NCBI GenBank assembly: GCA_965207225.1
Contig: CBDBLV010000002.1
Span: forward strand, 288,001 to 352,000
Length of the DNA: 64,000 bases
Reading direction: 5' to 3'
From: Dehalococcoidia bacterium
GTDB taxonomy: Bacteria > Chloroflexota > Dehalococcoidia > Plut-88900
This document shows, piece after piece, positions 38,515 to 48,587 of this stretch (the first letter of the stretch is position 1; every line of letters begins with the position of its first letter). The notes under the pieces are model-generated. The model was not told where the DNA came from, did no database searches, and worked only from the letters and a program-made list of their open reading frames with translations. Both the position numbers and the translations under genes were made by a program.

Positions 38515-39712
38515 CAACACCGCCGAAGCCGTAGTAATAGGCGCGGGGATTGTGGGAACCAGCATCACCCACTATCTCGCGGAGAAGGGGGTGAAGGCGA
38601 CGCTGGTTGAAAAGGATTCTGTCGCGGGAGGGGCCACGGGCAAGGCCACGGCGGTTGTCCGGATGCACTACACGAACCCGTGGGACTCGACGATGGCGAG
38701 GATCGGCGGGGAGGTGTATTCGAACTGGTCGGATTTGATCGGCGGGGAGAGTGGCTTTGTTAACTCAGGGTTCGTATTTATAGTCGGGGAGCAGGAGAAG
38801 GAGAAACTGCACAAGAACGTGGAGATTCTCCGGGAAGAGGCCGGCATCAACACCTGCGCCCTCGACCCCGACGCCCTCCAGGAGCTCCTCCCCAACTGGT
38901 ACGTAGGCGATGTAGGCGCCGCCGCCTACGAACCCGACAGCGGATATGGCGACCCCCACTCCGCCGCCACGGGGTTCGCTCACCGGGCCCAGGAGCTGGG
39001 AACAGAGGTCTCCCAGGGCGAGGAAGTCTTGCGAATTCTGGAAGAGGGTGGCCGGGTCACGGGCGTCGAGACCAGCAAGAGGACAATCTCGACTGACACC
39101 GTAGTCCTCGCGGGAGGGGCCTGGTCAAGGGAACTGGGTAAAACCGTAGGCATGGACCTGCCGATAAACGGAATGCTCCTCTCCGTTGGCGTGCTCAAAC
39201 GCCCCGAGGTACTCCACGGCCCCCACCCCGCCTGCATCGACGCCGCCAACGGAATTTACTTCAGGCCCGAGCCCGGCAACCTTACACTACTCGGATTCAG
39301 CAGCGTCGTTGACCGCCACGAGTCGCCGGAAGACCTTGATCCCGACAACTATGACGCCGAGCCCGACATGCGCTGGTCCCTGCGCACCAGCCGCAGGATC
39401 GCCTCCCGCATTCCCGCCATGGAAGACGCCACATGGGTCCGTTCATGGAGCGGCGTTGATGGCAACACACCGGATGGCCACCTCATCCTGGACCGAGCCC
39501 CGGGCGTCGAGGGCCTGTACCTCGCCGTAGGGATGAGCGGCACGGGATTCAAGGTCGGGCCGGCCGTGGGCAAGTGCATGTCTGAGCTTATTGTCGACGG
39601 TCGGGCCTCCAGCGCGGACATAACTCCATTCAGGCTCTCCCGCTTCGAAGAGGGCGAAACGCTGGTAGGAAAGCACGAATACAACTATTATCTCTTCAAG
39701 CAGGATGAATAA
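38507..39712 (+). CDS. FAD-dependent oxidoreductase (DAO/sarcosine oxidase beta-like)
   Basis: VVIGAGIVG, TPDGHLILD, GMSGTGFKVGPAVG. Confidence 0.92.
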   Translation: MTNNTAEAVVIGAGIVGTSITHYLAEKGVKATLVEKDSVAGGATGKATAVVRMHYTNPWDSTMARIGGEVYSNWSDLIGGESGFVNSGFVFIVGEQEKEKLHKNVEILREEAGINTCALDPDALQELLPNWYVGDVGAAAYEPDSGYGDPHSAATGFAHRAQELGTEVSQGEEVLRILEEGGRVTGVETSKRTISTDTVVLAGGAWSRELGKTVGMDLPINGMLLSVGVLKRPEVLHGPHPACIDAANGIYFRPEPGNLTLLGFSSVVDRHESPEDLDPDNYDAEPDMRWSLRTSRRIASRIPAMEDATWVRSWSGVDGNTPDGHLILDRAPGVEGLYLAVGMSGTGFKVGPAVGKCMSELIVDGRASSADITPFRLSRFEEGETLVGKHEYNYYLFKQDE

Positions 39713-39717
39713 GGTTC

Positions 39718-39756
39718 ACCCTCACCCCGACCCTCTCCCTCGAGGGGAGAGGGGGT
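39718..39756. repeat. CCCTCACCCC-type palindromic repeat
   Basis: ACCCTCACCCCGACCCTCTCCCTCGAGGGGAGAGGG; same type as 37096. Confidence 0.75.
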
Positions 39757-39837
39757 AGGACCCCACCCCTCGACCCCTCGGGAGGGTTGTGTAGGGGCCC
39801 AATCGTGGGAGAGAGGCCGACAAAGAGGAGAGACAAC

Positions 39838-40851
39838 GTGAAAGACAACAGATTCCTGACCGACTACGTCGGGATCCCGACCTTCTACAATGCCCCGACC
39901 ATCGGGCTGGATGACATTAAAGAGGGCATGGGTGTCGTCACCGGCGCCCCCATCGACCAGGGAATCCTGTTCATGAGGTCCGGGGCAAGGTTCGGGCCCA
40001 GGAGCATCCGGGAGGCTTCCCTGATGTACAGAGGTCTCCAGGACGTGGCCTCTGAAAACACCTCGGTCAACGTCGACACCCACGTCGCCCGACGCCTCAA
40101 GTCCGAGCTCAACCTGGGCGATCTCGGTGACCTGCCCGTCCATCCCCAGGACATCATGAAGACAACCGAGTGGGTAATCGACGGCATTGCGGAGATAGTC
40201 AAGCGAGGCGGAGTTCCCATCCTCCTCGGCGGCGACCACTACCTCGCATACCCGGGCTTCGAGGGTTTCGCCAAGGGCCTCATGGAGCGAGGAGAGAGAC
40301 CCAAGCTCGGTTACGTTCACATCGACACTCACACCGACTTCCGGGACCGCTACGGAGAGCTGGGCCGATATAACCACGGCACCTGCGCCCGACGCATCAG
40401 CGAGAACTCGGTCGTCTCCTATAAGAACATGTCGTGGGTCGGGCTGAACGGCACCATCATGGACGCCGACATCTACAAGATGTACAAAAAGCAGCAACTC
40501 AAGATGTCCACGGCCAACGACGTCCGTTCCCAGGGCATGGGGCACGTCCTTAGGTCGGCCATCGAGGAAGCGGCGGACGGGACGGACTCGGTCTACGTCA
40601 GCGTGGACATCGATGTTGTCGACGCGTCCCACGCCCCCGGGACAGGGGCCCCGGTATTCGAAGGCATTACGGCATCCGACCTCCTGGAAGCAATGTCCAT
40701 CATCAGCGAATACGACTGCGTGAAGGCCCTCGACCTCTGCGAGGTAGCCCCGCCCGTCGACCCCAACGGCAATACGGCCTACCTGGCAGCAAGCGGTCTC
40801 ATCGGCTTCCTGGGGGACTACCTGTTCGATGTGGTGGACCTGGACGGCTAG
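39838..40851 (+). CDS. Ureohydrolase (agmatinase/arginase family), paralog 1
   Basis: GARFGP, LGGDH, DTHTD, NHGT, SVDIDVVD..APGTG, EVAP; GTG start after AGGAG. Confidence 0.93.
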   Translation: MKDNRFLTDYVGIPTFYNAPTIGLDDIKEGMGVVTGAPIDQGILFMRSGARFGPRSIREASLMYRGLQDVASENTSVNVDTHVARRLKSELNLGDLGDLPVHPQDIMKTTEWVIDGIAEIVKRGGVPILLGGDHYLAYPGFEGFAKGLMERGERPKLGYVHIDTHTDFRDRYGELGRYNHGTCARRISENSVVSYKNMSWVGLNGTIMDADIYKMYKKQQLKMSTANDVRSQGMGHVLRSAIEEAADGTDSVYVSVDIDVVDASHAPGTGAPVFEGITASDLLEAMSIISEYDCVKALDLCEVAPPVDPNGNTAYLAASGLIGFLGDYLFDVVDLDG

Positions 40852-40889
40852 CCTTCGCACTGGCGGAATACAAGCGAGGAGATACGACG

Positions 40890-41900
40890 ATGGATGCAGA
40901 ATTCCTGACCACCTACGTCGGGATCCCGACCTTCTTCAACGCCCCTCACATCGGCCTGGAGGATGTGAAAGAGGGCATGGCCGTCGTGGCCGGCGCTCCC
41001 ATCGATAACGGCATCCTGTTCCCCAGGCCTGGGGCGCGTTTCGGTCCCAGGAGCATCCGGGAGTCGACCCTGATGTACAGGGGCCTCCAGGACGTGGCCT
41101 CCGAAAACACCTCGGTCAATGTGGACACGCACATCGCCCGACGTCTGAAGTCGACGCTCAACCTGGGCGACATTGGCGACTTCCACGTCAACCCCCAGGA
41201 CATTATGCAGACCACCGACTCCGTGATAGAGGGCATCCAGGATATCGTGAAGCGAGGGGGAATCCCCATACTGCTCGGCGGCGACCACTATCTGGCATAC
41301 CCGGGTTTCGAGGGTTTCGCCCGAGGCCTGATGGAGCGCGGAGAAAGCCCGAGGCTCGGCTACGTCCACATAGACAGCCACACTGATTTCCGGGACGGAT
41401 ACGGTAACCTTGGAAGCTACAACCACGGCACTTGCGTCCGCAGGATCAGCGAAAACTCGGTGATTTCCTATGACAATATGAGTTGGGTCGGGCTTAACGG
41501 CAGCGTGATGGACGCCGATATCTACCGGGTGTATAAATCGCAGAAGCTGAAGATGTCCACGGCCAAGGACGTGCGGACGAATGGGATGGAACACGTCCTC
41601 AGACAGGCTATCGAAGCCGCCGCCGACGGGACGGATGCCGTTTACGTCAGCGTCGACATAGACGTTGTCTCAGCGGCCCACGCCCCGGGCACCGGCGTGC
41701 CCGTTTTTGAGGGCATCGAGGGTCGGGATTTGCTGGAGGCAATGTCCATCCTCAGCGAATACGATTGCATCAAGGCCCTTGACCTTTGTGAAGTCGCCCC
41801 GCCCCTCGACCCCATCGGCAACACTGCATACCTCGCGGCCAGCGGCCTCCTGGGCTTCCTCGGCAACTACCTGTTCGACGTTGTGAACCTGGACGACTAA
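40890..41900 (+). CDS. Ureohydrolase (agmatinase/arginase family), paralog 2
   Basis: Same motifs (DSHTD, DIDVVS); long identical peptide blocks shared with paralog 1. Confidence 0.93.
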   Translation: MDAEFLTTYVGIPTFFNAPHIGLEDVKEGMAVVAGAPIDNGILFPRPGARFGPRSIRESTLMYRGLQDVASENTSVNVDTHIARRLKSTLNLGDIGDFHVNPQDIMQTTDSVIEGIQDIVKRGGIPILLGGDHYLAYPGFEGFARGLMERGESPRLGYVHIDSHTDFRDGYGNLGSYNHGTCVRRISENSVISYDNMSWVGLNGSVMDADIYRVYKSQKLKMSTAKDVRTNGMEHVLRQAIEAAADGTDAVYVSVDIDVVSAAHAPGTGVPVFEGIEGRDLLEAMSILSEYDCIKALDLCEVAPPLDPIGNTAYLAASGLLGFLGNYLFDVVNLDD

Positions 41901-41916
41901 ACGGGACTGGACGGGA

Positions 41917-43476
41917 ATGTTTGACATCCTTATAACCGGGGGCCGGGTAATCGATGGCACGGGCCAGACCTGGTTCCGCGCCGACGTGGGGGTGACCGGG
42001 GACGAGGTGACGGTGATCAGGGGAGATGCGTCGGGGGTGGAGGCGGGGCGGGTTATCGACGCCTCAGGCTGCATCGTCTGCCCCGGCTTCATAGACATGC
42101 ACTCCCACTCCGACCTCTCCCTGCTCTCCGATCCCAAACACGAGGCCAAGCTGGCCCAGGGAGTCACCACCGACGCTCTCGGGCAGGACGGCCTCTCCTA
42201 TGCCCCGTCTTCGCCAGAGAAGTTGGAGCAGCTCCTCTGGTATCTCGCCGCCGTCAACGGCACCCCGCCCCCTGACATCCGGTGGGGCTCGGTCAAGGAT
42301 TTTCTTGACCTCTTTGATGAACGGGCAGCTTGCAACATCGTTTATTTCGTGCCTCACGCCGCCGTCCGAGTTGAGGCCATGGGCTGGGACAACCGACTCC
42401 CCACCGAGGACGAGCTAGCTCACATGCAAAGCCTCGTTGAGCAGGGGATGAAGGACGGCGCTTTCGGGTTCTCCACCGGTCTTACCTACGTGCCCGGCAC
42501 CTACAGCGACACCCATGAGCTGATAGAAGTCTGCAAGAGCCTCCGGGACTCGGGCGGGATGTACATCACACACTGCCGCTACTTCCTGGGAGACGGGCTC
42601 CTGGACCCCTTCCGAGAGGCTATAGACATCGGCGCCGAGGCAGGGGTCTCGGTCCAGATATCCCACTTCCACAGCCCGGTCGATGGCATGGGCGAAAGGA
42701 TGATCGGGCTGATTGACGAGGGGCGCAACCGGGGCGTCGACGTCACCTTCGACCAGTACCCCTACCCCGCCGCCAGCACCCTGCTACTATCCATGATCCC
42801 GGCCTGGGTACATGCCGGCGGCCCCTCCGCCTTCATGACCCGCATAAAGGACCCCCGAGTCCGCGAGGAGATGGCAGACGCCGTAAACCCCACCTGGGGT
42901 GGAGACATGAGCCAGTACATCTTCAGCCAGATCGGCTCCGACAAGAACAAGGAGTGGGAGGGCCGGTCGCTGGAGGATTTGGCTCGGGCGTGGGACAAGT
43001 CCATCGTCGATACCGTCTGCGACCTGCTGATAGAGGAAAACCTGGACGTGGCCTTCGTTGCCCGCACCGGCAACCCGGACAACATCCGCACCATCCTTCA
43101 GCACCCCGCGCAGATGGTCGGGAGCGATGGGCTCCTGACGGGCAACAAGCCAAACCCGCGCACCTACGGCACCTTCCCCTACCTGCTCGGGCAGCTGGCC
43201 CGGGACGAGGGCGTTATCTCCCTGGAAGAAGCGATACGCAAGATGTCCGCTATCCCGGCCCAGAAACTCGGCCTCTCCGACCGGGGCATCCTACGCAACG
43301 GCATGAAGGCCGACATCGTGGTCTTCAATCCCGACACTGTCCAGGCCACAGCTACTTTTGAGGAGCCCGAGCAGCTGCCCATCGGCATCTACTACGTCAT
43401 CGTCAACGGCAAACTCGTCATCGACCAGGGAGAGCACACGGGCGCACTGCCGGGTCGGGCGCTGCGGCATTCCTAG
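41917..43476 (+). CDS. N-acyl-D-amino-acid deacylase family protein
   Basis: PGFIDMHSHSD, GFSTGLTYVPG, QISH, DQYPY, GSDG, PRTYGTFP. Confidence 0.92.
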   Translation: MFDILITGGRVIDGTGQTWFRADVGVTGDEVTVIRGDASGVEAGRVIDASGCIVCPGFIDMHSHSDLSLLSDPKHEAKLAQGVTTDALGQDGLSYAPSSPEKLEQLLWYLAAVNGTPPPDIRWGSVKDFLDLFDERAACNIVYFVPHAAVRVEAMGWDNRLPTEDELAHMQSLVEQGMKDGAFGFSTGLTYVPGTYSDTHELIEVCKSLRDSGGMYITHCRYFLGDGLLDPFREAIDIGAEAGVSVQISHFHSPVDGMGERMIGLIDEGRNRGVDVTFDQYPYPAASTLLLSMIPAWVHAGGPSAFMTRIKDPRVREEMADAVNPTWGGDMSQYIFSQIGSDKNKEWEGRSLEDLARAWDKSIVDTVCDLLIEENLDVAFVARTGNPDNIRTILQHPAQMVGSDGLLTGNKPNPRTYGTFPYLLGQLARDEGVISLEEAIRKMSAIPAQKLGLSDRGILRNGMKADIVVFNPDTVQATATFEEPEQLPIGIYYVIVNGKLVIDQGEHTGALPGRALRHS

Positions 43477-43555
43477 TACGTCCGGTTGACGCTCCATAAC
43501 GCCGGATTTACCCTATCCCCGACGGAAGGTTGGCCGACCCAAAAGGGGGTCTCAC

Positions 43556-44527
43556 ATGGCGCAGCAGGTCTTCGATTTAGAGAAGTTCAACGAACAGGGT
43601 TACCTCGTGGCCCGGGACGTCCTGGACCCCGAGCAAGACCTCGCACCGGTCTTCACCGAATACGAGGAACTTCTGGACCGAATCTCCCGCATGTGGTACG
43701 ACCGGGGAGCAATCTCGGATACATTCGAAGGACTCCCGTTCAACGAACGACTGGTCAAGATCGCCGTAGCCACCCGCGGCAACTACTACCCCCACATCGA
43801 CATCTCCTTTACCCAGACCGATGTCGAAGACAAGATGCCCGTACACACCGGCCCCGCCGTCTTCAACGTCCTGCGCAGCCCCCGACTCCTCGACGCTGTC
43901 GAGCAGTTCATCGGACCCGAAATCTATTGCAACCCGGTCCAGCACGTCCGCATAAAACCCCCGGAGAGCGCCCTGCCGGAGGAGATGATCAGCGACTCCT
44001 CAGTCGGGTACACGGCATGGCACCAGGACCAGGGCGTCATCATCCCCGAAGCCGACGAATCGGATATCCTGACGGTCTGGCTCCCTGTCATAGAGGCCAC
44101 CGAGGAGAACGGCTGCATGGCCGTGGTGCCGGGAAGCCACAGGGCGGGGCTGGTGCCCCATTGTCCTGCAAAGCCGGAAGTCAGGCACGTCCACATCCTG
44201 GAAGAGCGCCTCGGCGGGGACGCGATACCCGTGCCCCTGAAGCCCGGCGACGTGCTGTTCATGCACAAGCTCACCATGCACTGCTCCCTGCCCAACAAGA
44301 GCAACGACATCCGCTGGAGCTTCGACCTCCGCTACAACCCGACAGGCCAGGCCACGGGTCGGCCCTGGTTCCCGGGCTTCGTGGCACGCAGCAAGGCCAA
44401 TCCCGACTCCGTTCTCACTAACCCCGAGGAATGGGCATCCCTGTGGGAGCGCGCCGGCGAAGTCCTGGCCAAGGGCCCAACCCCTGTCTACAATCGCTGG
44501 AAACCCGGCGATCCGCTCTGCGCCTGA
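43556..44527 (+). CDS. PhyH-family Fe(II)/2-oxoglutarate dioxygenase
   Basis: WHQD...H triad, ENGCMAVVPGSH, HCSLPN, RWSFDLRY. Confidence 0.92.
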   Translation: MAQQVFDLEKFNEQGYLVARDVLDPEQDLAPVFTEYEELLDRISRMWYDRGAISDTFEGLPFNERLVKIAVATRGNYYPHIDISFTQTDVEDKMPVHTGPAVFNVLRSPRLLDAVEQFIGPEIYCNPVQHVRIKPPESALPEEMISDSSVGYTAWHQDQGVIIPEADESDILTVWLPVIEATEENGCMAVVPGSHRAGLVPHCPAKPEVRHVHILEERLGGDAIPVPLKPGDVLFMHKLTMHCSLPNKSNDIRWSFDLRYNPTGQATGRPWFPGFVARSKANPDSVLTNPEEWASLWERAGEVLAKGPTPVYNRWKPGDPLCA

Positions 44528-44642
44528 TCCCCACCTCTAACATCCACATCATTCCCCCCCGATTCGGCGGCGCCGCCAATGCCCCGGGGATGCTGTACAC
44601 TATGAAACGCCAGTCTCGACACCAACCCGGAGGTCACCATTC

Positions 44643-45851
44643 ATGCGAGAAGTAGCCATTGTCAGCCCCGTTCGCACGCCCGTCGGGAGGTTTGGGGGAA
44701 CCCTCAGGGATATTCCCGCCGAGGACCTTGGGGCGCTGGTCATCAGAGAGACCGTATCCAGGTCGGGCATAGACCCCGAGAGAATCGACGAGGTGGTGCT
44801 GGGACACGGCTATTCCAGCGGCGAAAACCCGGCCATTGGTCGGCTGTGCGCCATGAAGGCCGACCTGCCCCTCCAGGTCACCGGCTACCAGCTGGACCGG
44901 CGCTGCTCCTCGGGGCTGCAGGCCATTCTGAACGCCGCAATGCTCGTCCAGACCGACAACGCAGACGTGGTCATTGCAGGCGGCACCGAGAGCATGAGCG
45001 GTGTCGAATACTACACCCTCGGCGCCCGGTGGGGCGGTCGTTTCGGCAACATGAACCTCTATGATCGCCTGATTAGAAGCCGCGAAGCCTCGACTCCGGA
45101 AGAGAGGTTCGGCTACATCAATGGCATGATCGAAACGGCGCAGAACGTTGCCAACTACTACGAAATCTCCAGGGAAGAGCAGGACGAATACTCCCTGCGC
45201 AGCCATCAGCGCGCCGTTGCCGCCTCCGAGGATGGCAAGTTCAAGGACGAGATTGTCCCTGTGCCCGTGCCCCAGCGGCGGGGGCCTCCCGTGATGTTCG
45301 AAGCCGACGAGGGCCCTCGCAAGGACTCCTCGATGGAGTCCCTGGCCAAGCTCCGGCCCCTGATGAAAGACGGTTCCGTAACTGCCGGCAACTCCAGCTC
45401 CCAGAACGATGCTGCATCGGTCTGTCTCGTAGTCGCTGCAGACAAGCTTGACGAACTGGGCCTCGAGCCTATGGCCTACCTGAAGGGATGGGCCTCAGCT
45501 GGGGTACACCCAGCCTACATGGGCGTCGGGCCTGTGCCCGCTGTCAACAAGCTTTTTGCCAAGACCGGCTACGGCTGGAAAGACATCGACCTTATCGAGC
45601 TTAACGAGGCCTTTGCATCCCAGGTCCTCTCCGTTATCCACCAGTGGCAGGCCCCGAGGGACGACATCCATAACATCCTCAACGTCAACGGATCCGGGAT
45701 CTCCCTGGGCCATCCCATTGCTGCCACCGGGGCCCGCATCCTCGCCACCATGCTCTACGAAATGAAGCGCCGGGACGCAAAGCTGGGCCTGGAGACCATG
45801 TGCGTGGGCGGCGGCCAGGGTGTAGCGGCCCTGTTTGAGCTGGCGGCGTAA
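44643..45851 (+). CDS. Acetyl-CoA C-acyltransferase (thiolase)
   Basis: RRCSSG, NEAFA, GHPIAATG, CVGGG. Confidence 0.96.
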   Translation: MREVAIVSPVRTPVGRFGGTLRDIPAEDLGALVIRETVSRSGIDPERIDEVVLGHGYSSGENPAIGRLCAMKADLPLQVTGYQLDRRCSSGLQAILNAAMLVQTDNADVVIAGGTESMSGVEYYTLGARWGGRFGNMNLYDRLIRSREASTPEERFGYINGMIETAQNVANYYEISREEQDEYSLRSHQRAVAASEDGKFKDEIVPVPVPQRRGPPVMFEADEGPRKDSSMESLAKLRPLMKDGSVTAGNSSSQNDAASVCLVVAADKLDELGLEPMAYLKGWASAGVHPAYMGVGPVPAVNKLFAKTGYGWKDIDLIELNEAFASQVLSVIHQWQAPRDDIHNILNVNGSGISLGHPIAATGARILATMLYEMKRRDAKLGLETMCVGGGQGVAALFELAA

Positions 45852-45862
45852 AGGCTTTCCAT

Positions 45863-46822
45863 ATGCCTACATCGCTCTTCTCTGTTTATAGTCAACGGGA
45901 GAATCGAGTCACGGCTGCCCTTTTGGCTGTCCTGGAAAGACTAAGCCTGCCCAACATGGATCGCATTCTCCAAACGTTGCTTGGGAATGACGACTTCAAG
46001 CTGGTCAGATTCCAAAACCAGCCCTCAGGAAAAGAGTCGAGACCCGACGGCATCATAGCCACAAGTCCCTCTATCTGGATTGAAACCAAAACGAGCGAGA
46101 ACGCAGTTGATCCTAACCAAATCGCAAGGCACCTGAGCAGCCTTGAGGGTCAGCAACGATTGCTAGTGCTCACTCCGGATGATTCTCGACCTTCATCTGT
46201 TCATAAGGATGCCGCATGGTCGAACTTCATCGCACTGGCCGTAGCCATTCGCGAGATTCTAGATGACAAAGATGACCCCGTTTCCGAAAAGGAAGCGTTC
46301 TTGCTTAGAGAATTGATGAGACTGCTAGCAGAGCAAGGACTGGTTGTGTCCTCTGAAAAAAGAGTCCTAGTATTTCCCGCTCCCCGTGCCTGGCCGATGT
46401 ACCAGCAACTGAACGTATACAGAAGGTCCGTTGGCAGAACCTTTAGGAAATCAGCCTACCTCGGCTTCTATGCCAATGGGGAAATTAAGCCATTGGTGCC
46501 CAGAATCAAATTAGAAATCAAATCAATAAATCTCAGAAACCGTGATGAAATAGATGCACTAGATGAGGAGAGTAGAGGATATGCAGAGAAGCTGAAGGAG
46601 AATATAGACAACAAGGATTGGTGGGACGAATTTGGAAAGCCTTTCCACCTGATGTTTCTAAGTGGACCAGAGGACGAGGAAACGGTAAAGCTGCCAAACG
46701 CTGTGAAAAATGATAAGAAGGGCAGAGGCGGCAAACGGACGGCCTTCACTCAGAGCTTCACGTACGTTAACTTGGATAAGTTGAGGGTTGCGGGTACTAC
46801 TGGAGACCTTAGAAATGCCTAA
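45863..46822 (+). CDS. Hypothetical PD-(D/E)xK nuclease-fold protein
   Basis: ENRVT...SRPDGII...IWIETK...QIARH; A/T-rich relative to flanks. Confidence 0.7.
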   Translation: MPTSLFSVYSQRENRVTAALLAVLERLSLPNMDRILQTLLGNDDFKLVRFQNQPSGKESRPDGIIATSPSIWIETKTSENAVDPNQIARHLSSLEGQQRLLVLTPDDSRPSSVHKDAAWSNFIALAVAIREILDDKDDPVSEKEAFLLRELMRLLAEQGLVVSSEKRVLVFPAPRAWPMYQQLNVYRRSVGRTFRKSAYLGFYANGEIKPLVPRIKLEIKSINLRNRDEIDALDEESRGYAEKLKENIDNKDWWDEFGKPFHLMFLSGPEDEETVKLPNAVKNDKKGRGGKRTAFTQSFTYVNLDKLRVAGTTGDLRNA

Positions 46823-46855
46823 TGTGCGTCGAGTTTGCAAAAGGACAGGATTGAG

Positions 46856-47536
46856 ATGAACGGCATCCACGACATGGGAGGTATGCACGGCTTCGGGCCC
46901 GTGCCCATTGAGGAAGACGAGCCCGTCTTCCATGCACCGTGGGAAGGTCGGGTCTACGCCATGGCCATTGCCGCGGGGAAAAAGCGGCTGACCGAGCCCG
47001 TAGGGCTTCGGGCCTACATCGAGGGACTGGACCCCGCCCGATACCTCGCCTCCTCCTACTATGAACGCTGGATGGGCGCCCTCGAAGACGCCCTCATAAG
47101 CAAGGGCATTACCACAAGAGAAGACCTTGACCGGCGCACGGCCCACTTCGCAGATGACCTCGGCTCCCAACCCGAACGCCGCGAAGACCCCGAGGAAGCC
47201 ACGAAGGTAGCCGCCTCCATCTACAGGCACCGCTCGCCCCAGAGGGAGACCGACCTGCCCCAGCGGTTCCAGCCTGGCGACAGGGTGCGGGCCCGCACCA
47301 TTAACCCCATAGGCCATACTCGTCTCCCTAGATACATCCGCGGCAGGTCGGGCGTCGTCGACAGGCTACACGGGGTCCACAGCTTTGATGATGCCAGGTC
47401 CCAGGGCCGGGGCCACGAGCCCCAGCACATCTACAGCGTCCGCTTCGAGGCCCGTGAGCTCTGGGGCAACGAGGCCCCCGAAACCGAATGCGTCTACATA
47501 GACATGTGGGACAGCTACCTGGACCCGGAGGACTAG
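46856..47536 (+). CDS. nthB: Nitrile hydratase beta subunit
   Basis: MNGIHDMGGMHGFGPV, PWEGRV, YYERW, GHTRLPRYIRG, DMWDSYL. Confidence 0.96.
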   Translation: MNGIHDMGGMHGFGPVPIEEDEPVFHAPWEGRVYAMAIAAGKKRLTEPVGLRAYIEGLDPARYLASSYYERWMGALEDALISKGITTREDLDRRTAHFADDLGSQPERREDPEEATKVAASIYRHRSPQRETDLPQRFQPGDRVRARTINPIGHTRLPRYIRGRSGVVDRLHGVHSFDDARSQGRGHEPQHIYSVRFEARELWGNEAPETECVYIDMWDSYLDPED

Positions 47537-47539
47537 CAG

Positions 47540-48163
47540 ATGAGCGACCATCACGACGACCACGAACACGAGGCCGAGTCCTACGCGTCCCTCCGTACCA
47601 GGGCCCTCGAGTCCCTCCTGGTCGAGAAAGGCTACATCACCACCGACGCCATTGATGCCCTAGTCAAGACCTACGAGGAAGACATCGGACCGATGAACGG
47701 CGCCAAGGTAGTGGCGCGGGCCTGGGTGGACCCCGACTACAAAGCCCGTCTGCTTGAGGACGGCACCAATGCCATCGCTGAGCTCGGCTTCCAGGGCGCC
47801 GAAGGCTCGGAGATCGTCGTCCTGGAGAATGTCCCCGGCGCGCACAATGTAGTCGTCTGCACCCTTTGCTCTTGCTATCCCTGGCCCGTGCTCGGTCTCC
47901 CTCCTAACTGGTACAAGTCTTTCGCCTACCGCTCCCGCATGGTCATCGAACCCCGTGAAGTGCTGAAGGAATTCGGCCTGGAAGTCGACGAATCAGTCGA
48001 AGTACGGGTCTGGGACAGCAACGCCGAGATCCGCTACATGGTCCTACCCGAGAGACCCGAAGGCACCGATGGCATGACCGAAGAGGATTTGTCGGGCCTC
48101 GTGACCCGGGACGCGATGGTCGGAGTGGCCAGGGCCCGACTTCCGGAGGCTGTGGGAAGCTGA
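47540..48163 (+). CDS. nthA: Nitrile hydratase alpha subunit, cobalt type
   Basis: [11 protein letters not shown] (Thr/Tyr indicate Co-type), [17 protein letters not shown]. Confidence 0.97.
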   Translation: MSDHHDDHEHEAESYASLRTRALESLLVEKGYITTDAIDALVKTYEEDIGPMNGAKVVARAWVDPDYKARLLEDGTNAIAELGFQGAEGSEIVVLENVPGAHNVVVCTLCSCYPWPVLGLPPNWYKSFAYRSRMVIEPREVLKEFGLEVDESVEVRVWDSNAEIRYMVLPERPEGTDGMTEEDLSGLVTRDAMVGVARARLPEAVGS

Positions 48164-48167
48164 ACCT

Positions 48168-48503
48168 GTGGCCGATCTAACTGACAACCAGATCTCCTCC
48201 ATGCAGGGCCTCGAGGCCCTTCCCCGCAAGAACGGCGAGCTGGTATTCGAACAGCCGTGGGAAAGTCGGGCCTTCGGACTGGCCGTCGGCCTCAGCGAGG
48301 CCGGTGTCCTACACTGGCCCGAGTTCCGGGAAGCCCTGGTATCCGCCATCCAGGAGTCGGAACAGCATGGCGATGGCCGCTCCTATTACGAACAGTGGGC
48401 CTCGGCCCTTGAACGCCTGGCCCTGGAGAAGGGGCTGGTTACGGAAGAGGGATTGCAGGGTCGGGCGGGGTGGCTGGAAGAGGAGTCGAGGCACGGGCAT
48501 TAA
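48168..48503 (+). CDS. Nitrile hydratase accessory/activator protein (P14K/NhlE-like)
   Basis: LPRKNGELVFEQPWESRAFG, YYEQW; follows the alpha subunit. Confidence 0.9.
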   Translation: MADLTDNQISSMQGLEALPRKNGELVFEQPWESRAFGLAVGLSEAGVLHWPEFREALVSAIQESEQHGDGRSYYEQWASALERLALEKGLVTEEGLQGRAGWLEEESRHGH

Positions 48504-48587
48504 CCCTCAGCCTTCCCATATCCCGTATAATCCTCCCAGCCCATTTGCTTGTCTGTACAACCGCTTGAGACAACGGAGGTAAACCAG

